Assembly (NCBI GenBank): GCA_963764625.1 | Contig: CAVXTH010000006.1 | Coordinates: 740,973-804,972 of the forward strand | Reading direction: 5' to 3' | DNA length: 64,000 bases | Source: Candidatus Krumholzibacteriota bacterium | Lineage (GTDB): Bacteria; Krumholzibacteriota; Krumholzibacteriia; JAJRXK01 | In this document: positions 38,249 through 48,402 of the stretch, one piece after another | Layout of the letters: every line of letters begins with the position of its first letter | How positions within the stretch are numbered: position 1 is the stretch's first letter | Position numbers and translations under genes: made by a program | Notes under the pieces: generated by a model | Told to the model about the DNA's origin: nothing | The model's input: the letters and a program-made list of their open reading frames with translations, nothing else | Databases searched by the model: none

Positions 38249-39426
38249 TGGGTGTGCCTCGCCAACACGCGGTGCACTCTCGCCTCGTTCTCGCGGGATC
38301 GCAGGGGCACGAGCCGTCCGCAGCGGGGGCAGGCCTGACGGGCCTCTTCGTCGAGATAGCCGCAGAATGAACAGGAGTACTGTCGGGGTCCGAAGGAGTC
38401 CGGCATGGAACCGAGCAGGCGCAAAAGCGCAGCGGGATCGTCCAGCTGACTCAAGAAGCGAATCCAGCCCGCCCAGGCCGGCAGGTCGGCGGCGCCAGGG
38501 GTGGGCGGATCCTCCACCAGCGCGAAGAAGCTCTCCAGGTCGCCCCGGCGAAGCCGCAGATCGGCCACCGCGCGCCACAGCGCCGCATCCTGCGGCCGGC
38601 CCGCGCGTTCGCGCTCGAGATCGGCGAGGAGGGTTTCCATCTTGCCCGCGCGCAGCGCGGCGTCAGCCAGGCGCGCCAAGAAGGTGCGCGCGCCGGTACG
38701 ACTGTGGCGCAGGCCCTCTTCCCAGGTGTGCACCGCGCGGTCCGGCCGTTCCAACGCCATATAGCGGTCTCCGTCGACTTCATAGGCCGCGCCCAGAGTG
38801 TCATCCAGCTTGAAGGCCCGGCGCAGCAGGTCGCCCGCGTTCTGGGGCTTGCCCGCGCGCAGAGCCTCGCGCGCCATTTCCGCCAGGTAGGCTGCCGCTT
38901 CCCGACGCGTGTCGCCACCCGCGATCTTGGCCCGTTGTTCGAGTCGCTGGGCGGCGTACTCGGTGCGTCCCAGTCGATGCAACGCTCTCGCATGGCGCTC
39001 GAGAAGATCGGGATCGAGTATGCGTCGGTCCAACTCCTCGAGCCGTCGTTCAGCCTCGGCGAATCGATCTTGCGCCAGAAGGTCGTCCGCGATGGCCAGC
39101 TCGAGCAGACGTCGCAAGTCCGGTGGCAGAGAGGCGCGCGCGAGCAGCCCCTGGTGCAAAGATAGGGCACGCGCCGGATCACCTCCTTCGCGCAAGAGGT
39201 TTCCCAGTTGCAGATAGACCGAAGAGGGTGCGCTGCCGGCCCGGATGAGCTCGGCCATCAAGACTTGCGCCTCGTCCTTGCGCCCTTCCAAGAGGAGTTC
39301 GAACGCGTCCGCCGCCCCCTTGGGAGTGGGGCGCGATTCCTCGCTCTTGGTGAAAAGCATCCACAGAAGTATGGCTACGATCAGAGTGGAGGCCACGACG
39401 AGCGCGGTTGCCATTGGGTCGCTCAC
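38245..39426 (-). CDS. lapB: LapB (YciM)-like TPR/rubredoxin-type zinc-finger protein
   Basis: N-terminal TM, TPR repeats, C-terminal CSFCGY...CPRCG. Follows lapA. Confidence 0.75.
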   Translation of the reverse strand: MSDPMATALVVASTLIVAILLWMLFTKSEESRPTPKGAADAFELLLEGRKDEAQVLMAELIRAGSAPSSVYLQLGNLLREGGDPARALSLHQGLLARASLPPDLRRLLELAIADDLLAQDRFAEAERRLEELDRRILDPDLLERHARALHRLGRTEYAAQRLEQRAKIAGGDTRREAAAYLAEMAREALRAGKPQNAGDLLRRAFKLDDTLGAAYEVDGDRYMALERPDRAVHTWEEGLRHSRTGARTFLARLADAALRAGKMETLLADLERERAGRPQDAALWRAVADLRLRRGDLESFFALVEDPPTPGAADLPAWAGWIRFLSQLDDPAALLRLLGSMPDSFGPRQYSCSFCGYLDEEARQACPRCGRLVPLRSRENEARVHRVLARHTQ

Positions 39427-39761
39427 AGCAGAGAATCACCGCCCGAGCTCGGAGCCACCGAGCTGGAGAAATCATCCAGTGGGGCCGCGCGAAGCCGGGC
39501 GATCTCGCGCTGGAATTCGTCCCGCTCACGGCGGAGTTTGGCCGCGTCGAGTCGAAGGCGAATTTCGCGGACCACGGATACGAGCATACCCACCACGAAG
39601 CCGAAGAGAGCTGAACCGAAGATGATGATCCACAGCGGCACCATGTGTTGGGTCCAGGCGAAGAGTTTCACCGTGACCCCGGGCGACTCGTTGTTCTGTA
39701 CCGCGACCACGACGAAGAAGACCAGGAGAATGACGAAGAAAATGGTTTTAAGCAGCCACAC
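39423..39761 (-). CDS. lapA: LapA (YciS)-like inner-membrane protein
   Basis: Two TM helices followed by a charged coil (RLRLDAAKLRRERDEFQREIARLR). 4-nt overlap with the lapB start. Confidence 0.7.
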   Translation of the reverse strand: MWLLKTIFFVILLVFFVVVAVQNNESPGVTVKLFAWTQHMVPLWIIIFGSALFGFVVGMLVSVVREIRLRLDAAKLRRERDEFQREIARLRAAPLDDFSSSVAPSSGGDSLL

Positions 39762-41091
39762 GATCGTACTTCCAGACTACGCCGAGAGTTTCGGCAAAAA
39801 AGGTTGTAGCCTGGCTGCCGGTTACTAGTACGAGGATCTCGTCTCCTCGCCCCAGATCGTCACGCGCCGGCACCAGGACTTTCCGGTTGTTCAGGGTGCG
39901 AGCTCTCAAGTAGCCGCGTCCCTTGCGATCAGGTCCTTCGATCGCGACCTCCCATCGGCTCCCCACGAACGAGGCTGCCTCTCTCTCCCACAGCTCCGCC
40001 TGCAGGGCATTGACGCGATGAATCCTATCGCTCTTCACCTCGTCGGGAACATCGTCCGCCAGTTTCGCCGCCGGCGTGTCGGGCCGAGCCGAATACTTGA
40101 ACATGAAGGCCGAATCGTAGCGCATCTCCCGCATGACCGAGAGAGTCTGTTCGAAATCATGCTCCGTCTCGCCGGGAAAGCCAACGATGATATCCGTCGA
40201 AAAGCTGACATCGGGAAGGGCCTCGCGGCAGCGAGCCACCAGCTCGAGGTACTCCCCGCGCCGGTAGCCTCGCTTCATGCGTCGTAGAATACGATCGCTT
40301 CCGCTCTGGATAGGCATGTGGAGCCAAGGAGAGACCTTTTCGCACCCGGCGATGGCGGCAAGGGTGTCCTCGGTGAAGTCGGTGGGATGGTTGGTCAGAA
40401 ACCGGATGCGCCGCAGCCCTTCCACCTCGTTCACTCGGCGCAGAAGCTCGGCGAAGCTCGCGTCCTCGTGCCGGTAGGCCGTCACGTTCTGACCCAAGAG
40501 AGTCACCTCCACCCCACCACGCTCCTGCACCACCGCCTCGACTTCTCGCACCACGGCGGCAGGATCTTTGGGGCGCAGGGGACCACGGGTGTTCGGCACC
40601 ACGCAGAAGGTGCAGCGGTAATCGCAGCCGCGCGTGATCGAAATGAAATGCGTGTTGTTCTCCGGATCGTGCTCCGGTGAGGCCTGGTAGGTGGCGATGT
40701 CGCTGGGCGTGGTATCGAACTGCGGCCTTCCGCTGCGCCGCACCGACTCGATCATTTCCGCGATCCGTCCGTACTGATCGGTCCCCACCACCAGATCGAC
40801 CGCTTTTCTTCTCGCGTGCAGCTGCTCGCCGAGGCGCTGCGCCATGCACCCCACTACGCCCATGAGGACCTCTTGGCGTTCCTTCTTGTAGCGCATCAGC
40901 TCGCCGATGCGTCCGATCACCCGCTGCTCCGCGTTGTCCCGTACCGCACAGGTGTTCAGGAGCATCACGTCCGCCTGATCGGGGGTGTCCACCTCGGTGA
41001 AGCCGGCGCGCTTGAGATTGTCCAGGATGACCCGGCTGTCGTAGACGTTCATCTGACAGCCGTAGGTTTCGATATAGAGGCGGTTCTTCAT
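39748..41091 (-). CDS. miaB: tRNA-i6A37 methylthiotransferase MiaB
   Basis: ATG 41091. YIETYGCQMNVYDS, LLNTCAVRD, radical-SAM CDYRCTFCVVP, TRAM C-terminus. Confidence 0.9.
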   Translation of the reverse strand: MKNRLYIETYGCQMNVYDSRVILDNLKRAGFTEVDTPDQADVMLLNTCAVRDNAEQRVIGRIGELMRYKKERQEVLMGVVGCMAQRLGEQLHARRKAVDLVVGTDQYGRIAEMIESVRRSGRPQFDTTPSDIATYQASPEHDPENNTHFISITRGCDYRCTFCVVPNTRGPLRPKDPAAVVREVEAVVQERGGVEVTLLGQNVTAYRHEDASFAELLRRVNEVEGLRRIRFLTNHPTDFTEDTLAAIAGCEKVSPWLHMPIQSGSDRILRRMKRGYRRGEYLELVARCREALPDVSFSTDIIVGFPGETEHDFEQTLSVMREMRYDSAFMFKYSARPDTPAAKLADDVPDEVKSDRIHRVNALQAELWEREAASFVGSRWEVAIEGPDRKGRGYLRARTLNNRKVLVPARDDLGRGDEILVLVTGSQATTFFAETLGVVWKYDRVAA

Positions 41092-41092
41092 C

Positions 41093-42460
41093 TCATCTCC
41101 CCCCGTCCGCAGCCCTGAGGATCCCGCGTGAAGCCGTGCCGGCGGCGCCGGTAAGAACCCCGCGCAGCCGGCCCTTCTCGTCCATCGACTCCACTCGCAA
41201 CTCGACGCGCTTTCGCTCGAGGCCCGGATCCGCCTGGGCCCACACCGTGGCGTAGTCCTCCAGCATGATCTCGCGACATCCCCTCGCTCCTTGGGGATCC
41301 AGACCCTCGACCACACCCTCGTACACTCCATGAAGGTGCTTGCGCAAGAAGGCGGTCCGCTTTCTCTTCCCCGCCTCGCGCAGGATCTTGGCGCGCTCGG
41401 CGACGACACCACTTTCCGCCTGCTTGGGCAGACCTGACGCCACGGTTCCCGGTCGATCGGAATAGGGAAACACATGATAAAAGCTGATCGGAGTCGACTC
41501 AAGCAGGGCCGCGGTTTCCGCGAAGGCGGCCTCATCTTCGTTGGGAAATCCGACGATGAGATCGGCTCCCAGGCCGAAATCCGGATCGAGCTGCGCGATC
41601 CCAGCCACCAGCCGCCGGAAATAGGTCGTGCTGTAGGCGCGCCGCATCTGCCGCAGCACCGCGTCGCTGCCGGACTGCAGAGACAGGTGCAGGTACCGGC
41701 AGAGTCTGCGCTCTTCGACCAGGAGTCGCACCAGGCGGGCATCGACCTCCGAGGGATCGATGCTCGAAAGACGAAAGCGCACTCTTGGATCGACGGCATC
41801 GAGCAGCATGGTCAGCAGCTCGTGGAGTCGTGTTCTCGGCTGCAAATCTCTTCCATAGTGGCCGAGGTGAACTCCGCCCAGCACGATCTCCTCGTAGCCG
41901 TTGGCCGCGAGCCGCTGCGCTTGCTGCACGATCTCCCGGGGCTCGCGCGACCGGCTGGGGCCCCGCGCGCTCCAGATCGCGCAGAAGGTGCAGCGCATGT
42001 TGCAGCCTTCCTGCACCTTGATGGTGGCGCGACTCCTTCCCGCGAAGTCCTCGATCCACTCGCCCTTGCGCGCGCTCATGCGTCGCGGGTAGTCGGCCGC
42101 GCGAAGAATTCGGCTGCCAGCCGCGACCTCGTCGAGATAGTCCTCGAGGTGCTTCTTTTCCTCGTTCCCGAGGGCGGCGTCGATCTCGGGGAGCTTCATG
42201 AGCGGCTCGCCGTTCACCTGAACGTAGCATCCCACCACGACGACTTTCGAATCGGGCCGACGGCGCTTCACCGCCCGCGCCAACTGCCGGCACTTCTTCT
42301 CGGCGCGCGTCGTGACGGTGCAAGAATTGATCACGTAGATCTCGGCCTCCTCGTCCCATTCCACCACTCCAGCCCCGGTCTTCTTGCCCAGACGATGGCG
42401 CATGGCCTCGGTTTCGAAGAGGTTCAGTCTGCAGCCGAGCGTTGTGAATGCGACCCGCAT
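41093..42460 (-). CDS. mtaB: MtaB-like tRNA methylthiotransferase
   Basis: ATG 42460. FTTLGCRLNLFE, VINSCTVT, radical-SAM CNMRCTFCAIW. Confidence 0.8.
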   Translation of the reverse strand: MRVAFTTLGCRLNLFETEAMRHRLGKKTGAGVVEWDEEAEIYVINSCTVTTRAEKKCRQLARAVKRRRPDSKVVVVGCYVQVNGEPLMKLPEIDAALGNEEKKHLEDYLDEVAAGSRILRAADYPRRMSARKGEWIEDFAGRSRATIKVQEGCNMRCTFCAIWSARGPSRSREPREIVQQAQRLAANGYEEIVLGGVHLGHYGRDLQPRTRLHELLTMLLDAVDPRVRFRLSSIDPSEVDARLVRLLVEERRLCRYLHLSLQSGSDAVLRQMRRAYSTTYFRRLVAGIAQLDPDFGLGADLIVGFPNEDEAAFAETAALLESTPISFYHVFPYSDRPGTVASGLPKQAESGVVAERAKILREAGKRKRTAFLRKHLHGVYEGVVEGLDPQGARGCREIMLEDYATVWAQADPGLERKRVELRVESMDEKGRLRGVLTGAAGTASRGILRAADGGR

Positions 42461-42530
42461 GACTTCTCCCTTCTGGCTGGTTCGAGGCGCGCGATCCGGG
42501 GTCGATCGAGCATCAGGCCACACATCGAGA

Positions 42531-42563
42531 GAGGCCCCGTCCGGTGATCCCGGGCGGGGCCTC
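42531..42563 (-). terminator. long GC hairpin downstream of rpsA
   Basis: GAGGCCCCG...CGGGGCCTC (9 bp) with an inner CCGG/CCGG extension. The T tract is weak. Confidence 0.4.
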
Positions 42564-42602
42564 GCTGCACACGTCTCGCTCACGAATCGCGAGGCGCGGG
42601 GC

Positions 42603-44468
42603 TTAAGACTCCCGTGCGTTCTCCGCCGCCAGCTCCTGGTCGAGTTCATCACCTTTGTAAGCCTCGCCCGCCGCGAGTTCTTCCTCGGTGAGTTCGCGCT
42701 TGGGATGAGCTTCGATGTAGGCTTCGAGTTCGCCTTCGTGCTTCGCGAAATACTCCTGGGCGGAGAGCACGATCTTGCGATTCTCCACGTCCATCTTGAT
42801 GACGGTGAGGGGAATTTCCTCGTCGACCCGGAAGTGCTCCTGGGCTGAGGACATCTCGGGGATCGCGAGTTGCTGCGCCGGCACGAATCCCTCGACCTGA
42901 TCCTCCACCTCGATGATGGCTCCGTGGTCCAAGAGACGCATGATCTTGCCATTGCATTCGGTTCCCGCGCCGTACTTCTCCCCCAACTCTTCCCAGGGAT
43001 TCTCCTGCATCTGCTTGATGCCCAGGCTGATGCGACGGCGCTCCTGGTTGATGTCCAGAATGACGACATCGACGGTGTCGCCCTTCTTGACGATTTCCTT
43101 GGGGTGGCGAATTCGCTTGGTCCAGCTCATGTCGGAGATGTGCACCAGACCGTCGATGCCCTCCTCGACCTCGACGAAGGCGCCGAAATCGGTGAGGTTG
43201 CGCACTTTGCCCGTGAGCTTGGTTCCCACCGGGAAACGCGCCTCGAGAGTCTCCCACGGATCGGGTTCGGCCTGTTTGAGTCCCAAGGAGATCTTCTCGC
43301 TCTCCTTGTCGACCTTGAGGACCATGACCTCGACATCTTCCCCCAGGGTGACGATCTTCGAAGGGTGACGAACGTTGCGGGTCCAAGACATTTCGCTGAT
43401 GTGGATGAGACCTTCGATCCCCTTCTCCAACTCCACGAATGCCCCGTAGTTGGTGATACTGACCACCTTGCCGGTGACGAGCTTACCCTCGGTGTACTTG
43501 GCCTCGACGTCCTCCCAGGGATACTCCTGGAGCTGTTTGAGACCCAGTGAGATTCGTTCGCGGTCGCGGTCGAACTCCAACACCTTCACTTCGATTTCGT
43601 CGCCGATGTTCACCATTTCGTTGGGGTGATTGACGCGGCCCCAACTCAGATCGGTAATGTGCAAGAGCCCGTCGATGCCGCCGAGATCGACGAAGGCACC
43701 GAAGTCGGTGATGTTCTTGACCACGCCCTTGCGAATCTGTCCCTTTTCCAGCTCGGCGATGAGCTTTCTCTTCTTGCGCTCCCGCTCCTCTTCGAGCACG
43801 ACCCTGCGGCTCACCACGATGTTGCGGCGGCGCTTGTTGATCTTGATGATCCGAAACTCGAGGGTCTCCCGCAGCAGCGCGTCGAGATCGGGGACCTGAC
43901 GAAGCGCGACCTGGGAGCCGGGCAAGAACGCGTCCACGCCCATCAGTTTGATAACCAGCCCACCTTTGATGCGCCGATCGACGACGCCGTGGACCACGCG
44001 GTGCGTGTCGTACGCCGTCTTGATGTCGTCCCAGACCATCAAGAAGTCGGCCTTCTCTTTGGACAGGGAAATCAGTCCATCTTGGTTCTCGATCTTCTCC
44101 AGGTAGACGTCCAAAAAGTCGCCCACCTTGATCCGCCCCTGGCCGCGGAATTCGGTGATGGGAATGGCGCCCTCGCTCTTGAAGCCCACGTCGACCAGGA
44201 CTTCGTTCTCGAGCACTTCGACGACGGTTCCGTGCACGATGGTTCCCTCGCGAATTTCGCTGAGGGTTCCTTCATATTGTTGGATCATCTCGAGCATCTG
44301 CTCGGGAGAATAGACGTCCTCCTCGAGGAGCTCGGGATTCACGATATCCTTGGGATCGAATTCTGTGGTGACGGTTGCGGCTGGATGCCCCCCGGCGCGG
44401 CCCGGTGCGGGGCGGGCGCCAGAGACAAAAGCTTCCGGTTCGCCCGGTTGGGGTGAAAACTCACTCAT
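42603..44468 (-). CDS. rpsA: 30S ribosomal protein S1
   Basis: ATG 44468 with GGAGGA 11 nt upstream. Six S1 repeats (e.g. GTIVHGTVVEV, GQIRKGVVKNITDFGAFVDLG). Confidence 0.95.
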   Translation of the reverse strand: MSEFSPQPGEPEAFVSGARPAPGRAGGHPAATVTTEFDPKDIVNPELLEEDVYSPEQMLEMIQQYEGTLSEIREGTIVHGTVVEVLENEVLVDVGFKSEGAIPITEFRGQGRIKVGDFLDVYLEKIENQDGLISLSKEKADFLMVWDDIKTAYDTHRVVHGVVDRRIKGGLVIKLMGVDAFLPGSQVALRQVPDLDALLRETLEFRIIKINKRRRNIVVSRRVVLEEERERKKRKLIAELEKGQIRKGVVKNITDFGAFVDLGGIDGLLHITDLSWGRVNHPNEMVNIGDEIEVKVLEFDRDRERISLGLKQLQEYPWEDVEAKYTEGKLVTGKVVSITNYGAFVELEKGIEGLIHISEMSWTRNVRHPSKIVTLGEDVEVMVLKVDKESEKISLGLKQAEPDPWETLEARFPVGTKLTGKVRNLTDFGAFVEVEEGIDGLVHISDMSWTKRIRHPKEIVKKGDTVDVVILDINQERRRISLGIKQMQENPWEELGEKYGAGTECNGKIMRLLDHGAIIEVEDQVEGFVPAQQLAIPEMSSAQEHFRVDEEIPLTVIKMDVENRKIVLSAQEYFAKHEGELEAYIEAHPKRELTEEELAAGEAYKGDELDQELAAENARES

Positions 44469-44568
44469 CTGACTTTGGTTCCTCCTGGACATGGATTTGC
44501 CCGCAGCGGCGGGCAGACGCATAGAATAGTCCACTTAAAGGGGCTCTGCAAGCGCCGCTTCCGCTGAT

Positions 44569-45921
44569 TCAACGAGCTCGGGCCGCCCGCTCCCTACTCC
44601 GCTGCGCCAGTTCCTCGATGCAGGAGAGCCAGAGGCGCCCGATCCGCTGCTGCACCGCCGCGTGCGACATCGTCTCGTTCAGTACTTTGAGGGCGTGGAG
44701 CCGCAACGGGGGTCCGATCCAGACTTCCAGCCGGTCTCGGCGCAGCAGGCAACTCCACAGCCGGTCGGTCCCCCGCACGAAGACGGGTAGCATGGCCACC
44801 CCGCTGCGTTCCAGGAGGATCCCCAGTCCACGCTTGCCCGGAGCCGGATGACCGCGTGGTTTCCGCGTGCCCTCGGGAAAGAACATCAGGGACCCTCCGC
44901 CCTTCAGCGCCGCGATCGCTGTCTCGAAGGCGGCTTCGTCCCAGCGGCCACGCCGGATCGGAATGGAATCGAAGTGACGGATGATGCGGCCGAAGAGCCC
45001 GACGAAGAGCTCGCGCTTGGCCAAGAAGTGGAGCTCGCGGTCCAGGGCAGAGCCGGCCACCGGCGGGTCGAAATGGGAAATGTGATTGCTGGCAAAGAGC
45101 ACCGACTCCGCCAGGTCCGCGTTTTCGCGGCCGAAGACGCGCATCCCGCAGGGACGAAAGAAGACAAAGCGAAGGATCTTCACCGCCCACAGATAGCTCT
45201 TCTTGCGGAAGTGGAAGGGCTGCAGCTCGACCCAGCTCGGGGGGTCGGGCCGACTCGCGGCCGCGAGCTGCGCCACTCTCTCCACCACCTGCTCGAGGCT
45301 CATCGCGCTGGTGTCGAGCACGTGCGCGTCGGGAGAGATGAGAAGAGGGCTGTGCTCGCGTTCGCTGTCGAGCTGATCCCTCCGCTGAATCTCCTCCATC
45401 AGCTCGGCCAGGCGCGCGTCGCTCAACTCCTCTTTTGCCTGGAGGAGGCGGCGCCGCGCCCGTACCTCGAGCGCCGCGTCGAGGTACACCTTGCAGCGCG
45501 ACAGAGGAAGCACCACTGAACCGATGTCGCGCCCTTCGAGAACCGAACCGCTCGATGACTGCCGGCACAAGGCCCTCTGGCGCGCCACCATGACCCGGCG
45601 AACTTTTAGGTGCGCGGAAACCTGCGATACCCTCTCGGTGACTTCGAGCGAGCGAATCGCCTGGGTCCGGTCCTCTCCGTCCACTACTAGGGTCTCGCCG
45701 CCGAAATCGATCTCCATCGAGGCCAGTCGAGCGCTCAACGCGTCTTCGTCACCGGGCGCGATGTTCTCCCTCAGACTCAAGAGAGTGAGGGCGCGATACA
45801 TCGCCCCGGTGTCGACGTGAACCAGGCCGAGGCGACGCGCCACCGCGGCCGCCACCGTGCTCTTTCCCGAGCCGGCCGGGCCGTCGATAGCGATCTGCAG
45901 GGGATCTTGGGCCGGATCCAT
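44569..45921 (-). CDS. cmk: fusion protein: cytidylate kinase + 1-acyl-sn-glycerol-3-phosphate acyltransferase domain
   Basis: N-terminal half IAIDGPAGSGKSTVA...DTGAMYR (Cmk). C-terminal half NHISHFDP...FPEGTRKP (PlsC/LPLAT motifs). One uninterrupted frame. Confidence 0.85.
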   Translation of the reverse strand: MDPAQDPLQIAIDGPAGSGKSTVAAAVARRLGLVHVDTGAMYRALTLLSLRENIAPGDEDALSARLASMEIDFGGETLVVDGEDRTQAIRSLEVTERVSQVSAHLKVRRVMVARQRALCRQSSSGSVLEGRDIGSVVLPLSRCKVYLDAALEVRARRRLLQAKEELSDARLAELMEEIQRRDQLDSEREHSPLLISPDAHVLDTSAMSLEQVVERVAQLAAASRPDPPSWVELQPFHFRKKSYLWAVKILRFVFFRPCGMRVFGRENADLAESVLFASNHISHFDPPVAGSALDRELHFLAKRELFVGLFGRIIRHFDSIPIRRGRWDEAAFETAIAALKGGGSLMFFPEGTRKPRGHPAPGKRGLGILLERSGVAMLPVFVRGTDRLWSCLLRRDRLEVWIGPPLRLHALKVLNETMSHAAVQQRIGRLWLSCIEELAQRSRERAARAR

Positions 45922-47219
45922 CAGCGGGAAGAGCTCAGCGCGCTCAGGGTCTGAAAGAACTGGGGATCGCTCACACCGACTTCCTCGCTTTCCATCAACT
46001 CGCACTGTCCCTGATCGCGTCGCGCCAGTGCGCCCGTGGCCAGGGCCGCCGCCGCCATCACCATACGATGATCTTTCGCGGGCTGGTAGCGGCCAGGCGC
46101 GACCACCTCTCCCCCCGCGATCTCCAGCGCGTCGCCCTCGACCGTGGCGTCGACACCGAAATCGCGCAAGAGCTTGGCCATAGCCTCCAGGCGATTCGAC
46201 TCCTTCACTCTCAGTTCGCCCAGACCCTCCAGGCGGCTCTTGCCCGGGGCAAACGCGCACAACACGGCCAGAGCGGGAATCTCATCGATGAGAGCCGGCA
46301 CTTCCTCGGCCTTCAGGTGGATGGGCCGCAAACTGGAAGGAGCCGTCGCCACGAAGTCACCTCGTTCCTCGCCGGCGCTCGGCTCTCTCGCCCCCGCCTC
46401 GACCGTGATCCCCATCTTCTCGTACAGGGCGAGGAAAGCCGTCCGGCGCGGATTGCACAACATCTTCCCCAGTTGAATCCTACTTCCGGGCACTGGCATC
46501 GCCGTGGCCAGAATCAGGGCCGCGGCCGAGGGATCGCCCGGCACCGGCACATCTACGCAGCGCAGACCCTCCACCGCGCGCAGATGAATCCTGGTTCCCC
46601 GGGTCTCGATCCGCGCGCCCATGGCCGCCAGCATCCGCTCGGTGTGGTCTCGCGTGGGCCACGGTTCCTCGATCTCCACCTCCACCCGGCTCGCGGCCGC
46701 GGCCAGAAGCAGGCAGCTCTTCACCTGGGCCGACGCGAGCTCGAGGGTGAAGCGCACCGGCTGCAGTTTAGATCCACTGATGATCAGAGGAGGCGTACGC
46801 GCGCCGCTGGGGCCTTCGACCCTGGCGCCCATCTCGGTGAGCGGCCGCGCGATCCGAGCCATCGGTCTCTTGCTCAGACTCTCATCTCCAATCAGCGTGC
46901 TGGTGAAGGGTTGGGCGGCGAGCAGGCCGGCCACGAGTCTCATGGTGGTGCCCGAATTCCCGCAGTTGAGCGCGTCGGTCGCGGGACGAAAGCGTCCCGC
47001 GCGCCCTTCGATGGTGAAGTGTTCGCCGCTCTCTTTGATGACCACGCCCAGCTTGCGCAACACCTCGCGGGTCGAGCCGAGATCGAGGCCACGATTGGAG
47101 GAACTCACGAGGGCCGTGCCCTCCCCCAGGGCGTTGAGCAGGAACGCGCGGTGGCTGATGGATTTGTCGCCCGGAAGCACGACGCTTCCGCGCAAGGGGC
47201 CCACGGGCTTTTGCACCAC
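45921..47219 (-). CDS. aroA: 3-phosphoshikimate 1-carboxyvinyltransferase (EPSP synthase)
   Basis: LPGDKSISHRAFLL, NCGNSGTTMRL, RVKESNRL. Confidence 0.95.
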   Translation of the reverse strand: MVQKPVGPLRGSVVLPGDKSISHRAFLLNALGEGTALVSSSNRGLDLGSTREVLRKLGVVIKESGEHFTIEGRAGRFRPATDALNCGNSGTTMRLVAGLLAAQPFTSTLIGDESLSKRPMARIARPLTEMGARVEGPSGARTPPLIISGSKLQPVRFTLELASAQVKSCLLLAAAASRVEVEIEEPWPTRDHTERMLAAMGARIETRGTRIHLRAVEGLRCVDVPVPGDPSAAALILATAMPVPGSRIQLGKMLCNPRRTAFLALYEKMGITVEAGAREPSAGEERGDFVATAPSSLRPIHLKAEEVPALIDEIPALAVLCAFAPGKSRLEGLGELRVKESNRLEAMAKLLRDFGVDATVEGDALEIAGGEVVAPGRYQPAKDHRMVMAAAALATGALARRDQGQCELMESEEVGVSDPQFFQTLSALSSSR

Positions 47220-47227
47220 CTGAGAGT

Positions 47228-48346
47228 TCAGGATTGGTCCTCCCCGCGTAGGACGCGGCCCAAGGCGACCAGATAGAACTCGTTCTCGTCTTCGGTCCCG
47301 GTGTTCACGCGGAAGGATCTCTCCGGCATGCCGAAGGGCTGCATCGGCCGCACGATGACTCCCTCACGCAGAAGCCTCTCGAAGAGATTGGGGACGAGCT
47401 GGGGCACGGTGGCCAGGTAGAAGTTGGTCTGGGAGGGCAGCACCGCCACCCCGAGTTCCTCCATCCCTTCACGCAGACGGCGCATCCGGCGTTGATTCTG
47501 CGCCCGCCTCTCGGCGACCCGCTCCCGGCAGGTGATCGCCTTGGCGGCGGCGGCCTGCGCGAGACGATTCACGTTGAAGGGCTGGCGCACGCGGTGCAGA
47601 AGAGCGACGATCTCCTCGCTTCCCAGGAGATAGCCGATGCGAAGCCCGGCCAGTGAGTAGCCCTTGGAGAACGAGCGCAGCGCAACCAGGTTGGGATGTT
47701 CCTCGCGCAACTTCGACCAGTCGGGAAAGTCCTCCGCCGTCACGAACTCCAGGTACGGTTCGTCCAGGGCCACCACGACCTCGCTCGGCACGCGCTTCAA
47801 GAAGGCCGCCAGCTGATCGTGGGTCACGTAGCTTGCGGTGGGATTGTTGGGATTGCAGATGAAGATGAGCCGGGTCTTCTCAGTGATCGCTTCCGCCATG
47901 GCGTTCAGATCGTGGACCCATTGCGCGTCGAGAGGAACGGCGCGACCCACCTCGAAATGAGTCTGCGCGATGAGACCGTAGATGGGAAAGCTGGGTTTCG
48001 CGTAGAGGACTTCATGTCCCGGCTCGACCAACAGATGAATCAGAAGCTCCAAGATCTCGTTATTCCCGTTGCCGAAGAACACCTCGCTCTGGGACAGTCC
48101 GTAGAACTGCGCCACCGCTTGTCCCACCTCGAAGCAACCAGGGTCTGGATAGCGATTCAGATTCCCCACTTCACGCTGCAGGGCCTCGATCACTTCGGGA
48201 AAAGGACCGTCCGGGTATTCGTTACTGGCCAGTTTCACGATTCTGGGAATGCCCAGTTCGCGTCGCACCGTCTCAATGGGTTTTCCGGGTTGATACGGCG
48301 TGAGGTTCTTGACCGCCACACGCACTCGCTCGGAGATTGCACTCAT
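47228..48346 (-). CDS. hisC: histidinol-phosphate/aromatic aminotransferase (class II)
   Basis: ATG 48346. LTPYQPGKP, LASNEYP, PLP-lysine motif SFSKGYSLAGLRIGY. Confidence 0.8.
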   Translation of the reverse strand: MSAISERVRVAVKNLTPYQPGKPIETVRRELGIPRIVKLASNEYPDGPFPEVIEALQREVGNLNRYPDPGCFEVGQAVAQFYGLSQSEVFFGNGNNEILELLIHLLVEPGHEVLYAKPSFPIYGLIAQTHFEVGRAVPLDAQWVHDLNAMAEAITEKTRLIFICNPNNPTASYVTHDQLAAFLKRVPSEVVVALDEPYLEFVTAEDFPDWSKLREEHPNLVALRSFSKGYSLAGLRIGYLLGSEEIVALLHRVRQPFNVNRLAQAAAAKAITCRERVAERRAQNQRRMRRLREGMEELGVAVLPSQTNFYLATVPQLVPNLFERLLREGVIVRPMQPFGMPERSFRVNTGTEDENEFYLVALGRVLRGEDQS

Positions 48347-48402
48347 GGTTCGCACCTCGGGGAATGACGCCTCCGCTAAACTAGACGGCGCCCTCCCGTG
48401 GG

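Noticed and set aside
44498-44515. TGCCCGC-agcg-GCGGGCA hairpin in the rpsA leader as a possible S1 autoregulatory element.
   Set aside because: It is a plausible structure, but a single 7-bp hairpin is not specific evidence, and I cannot assess conservation.
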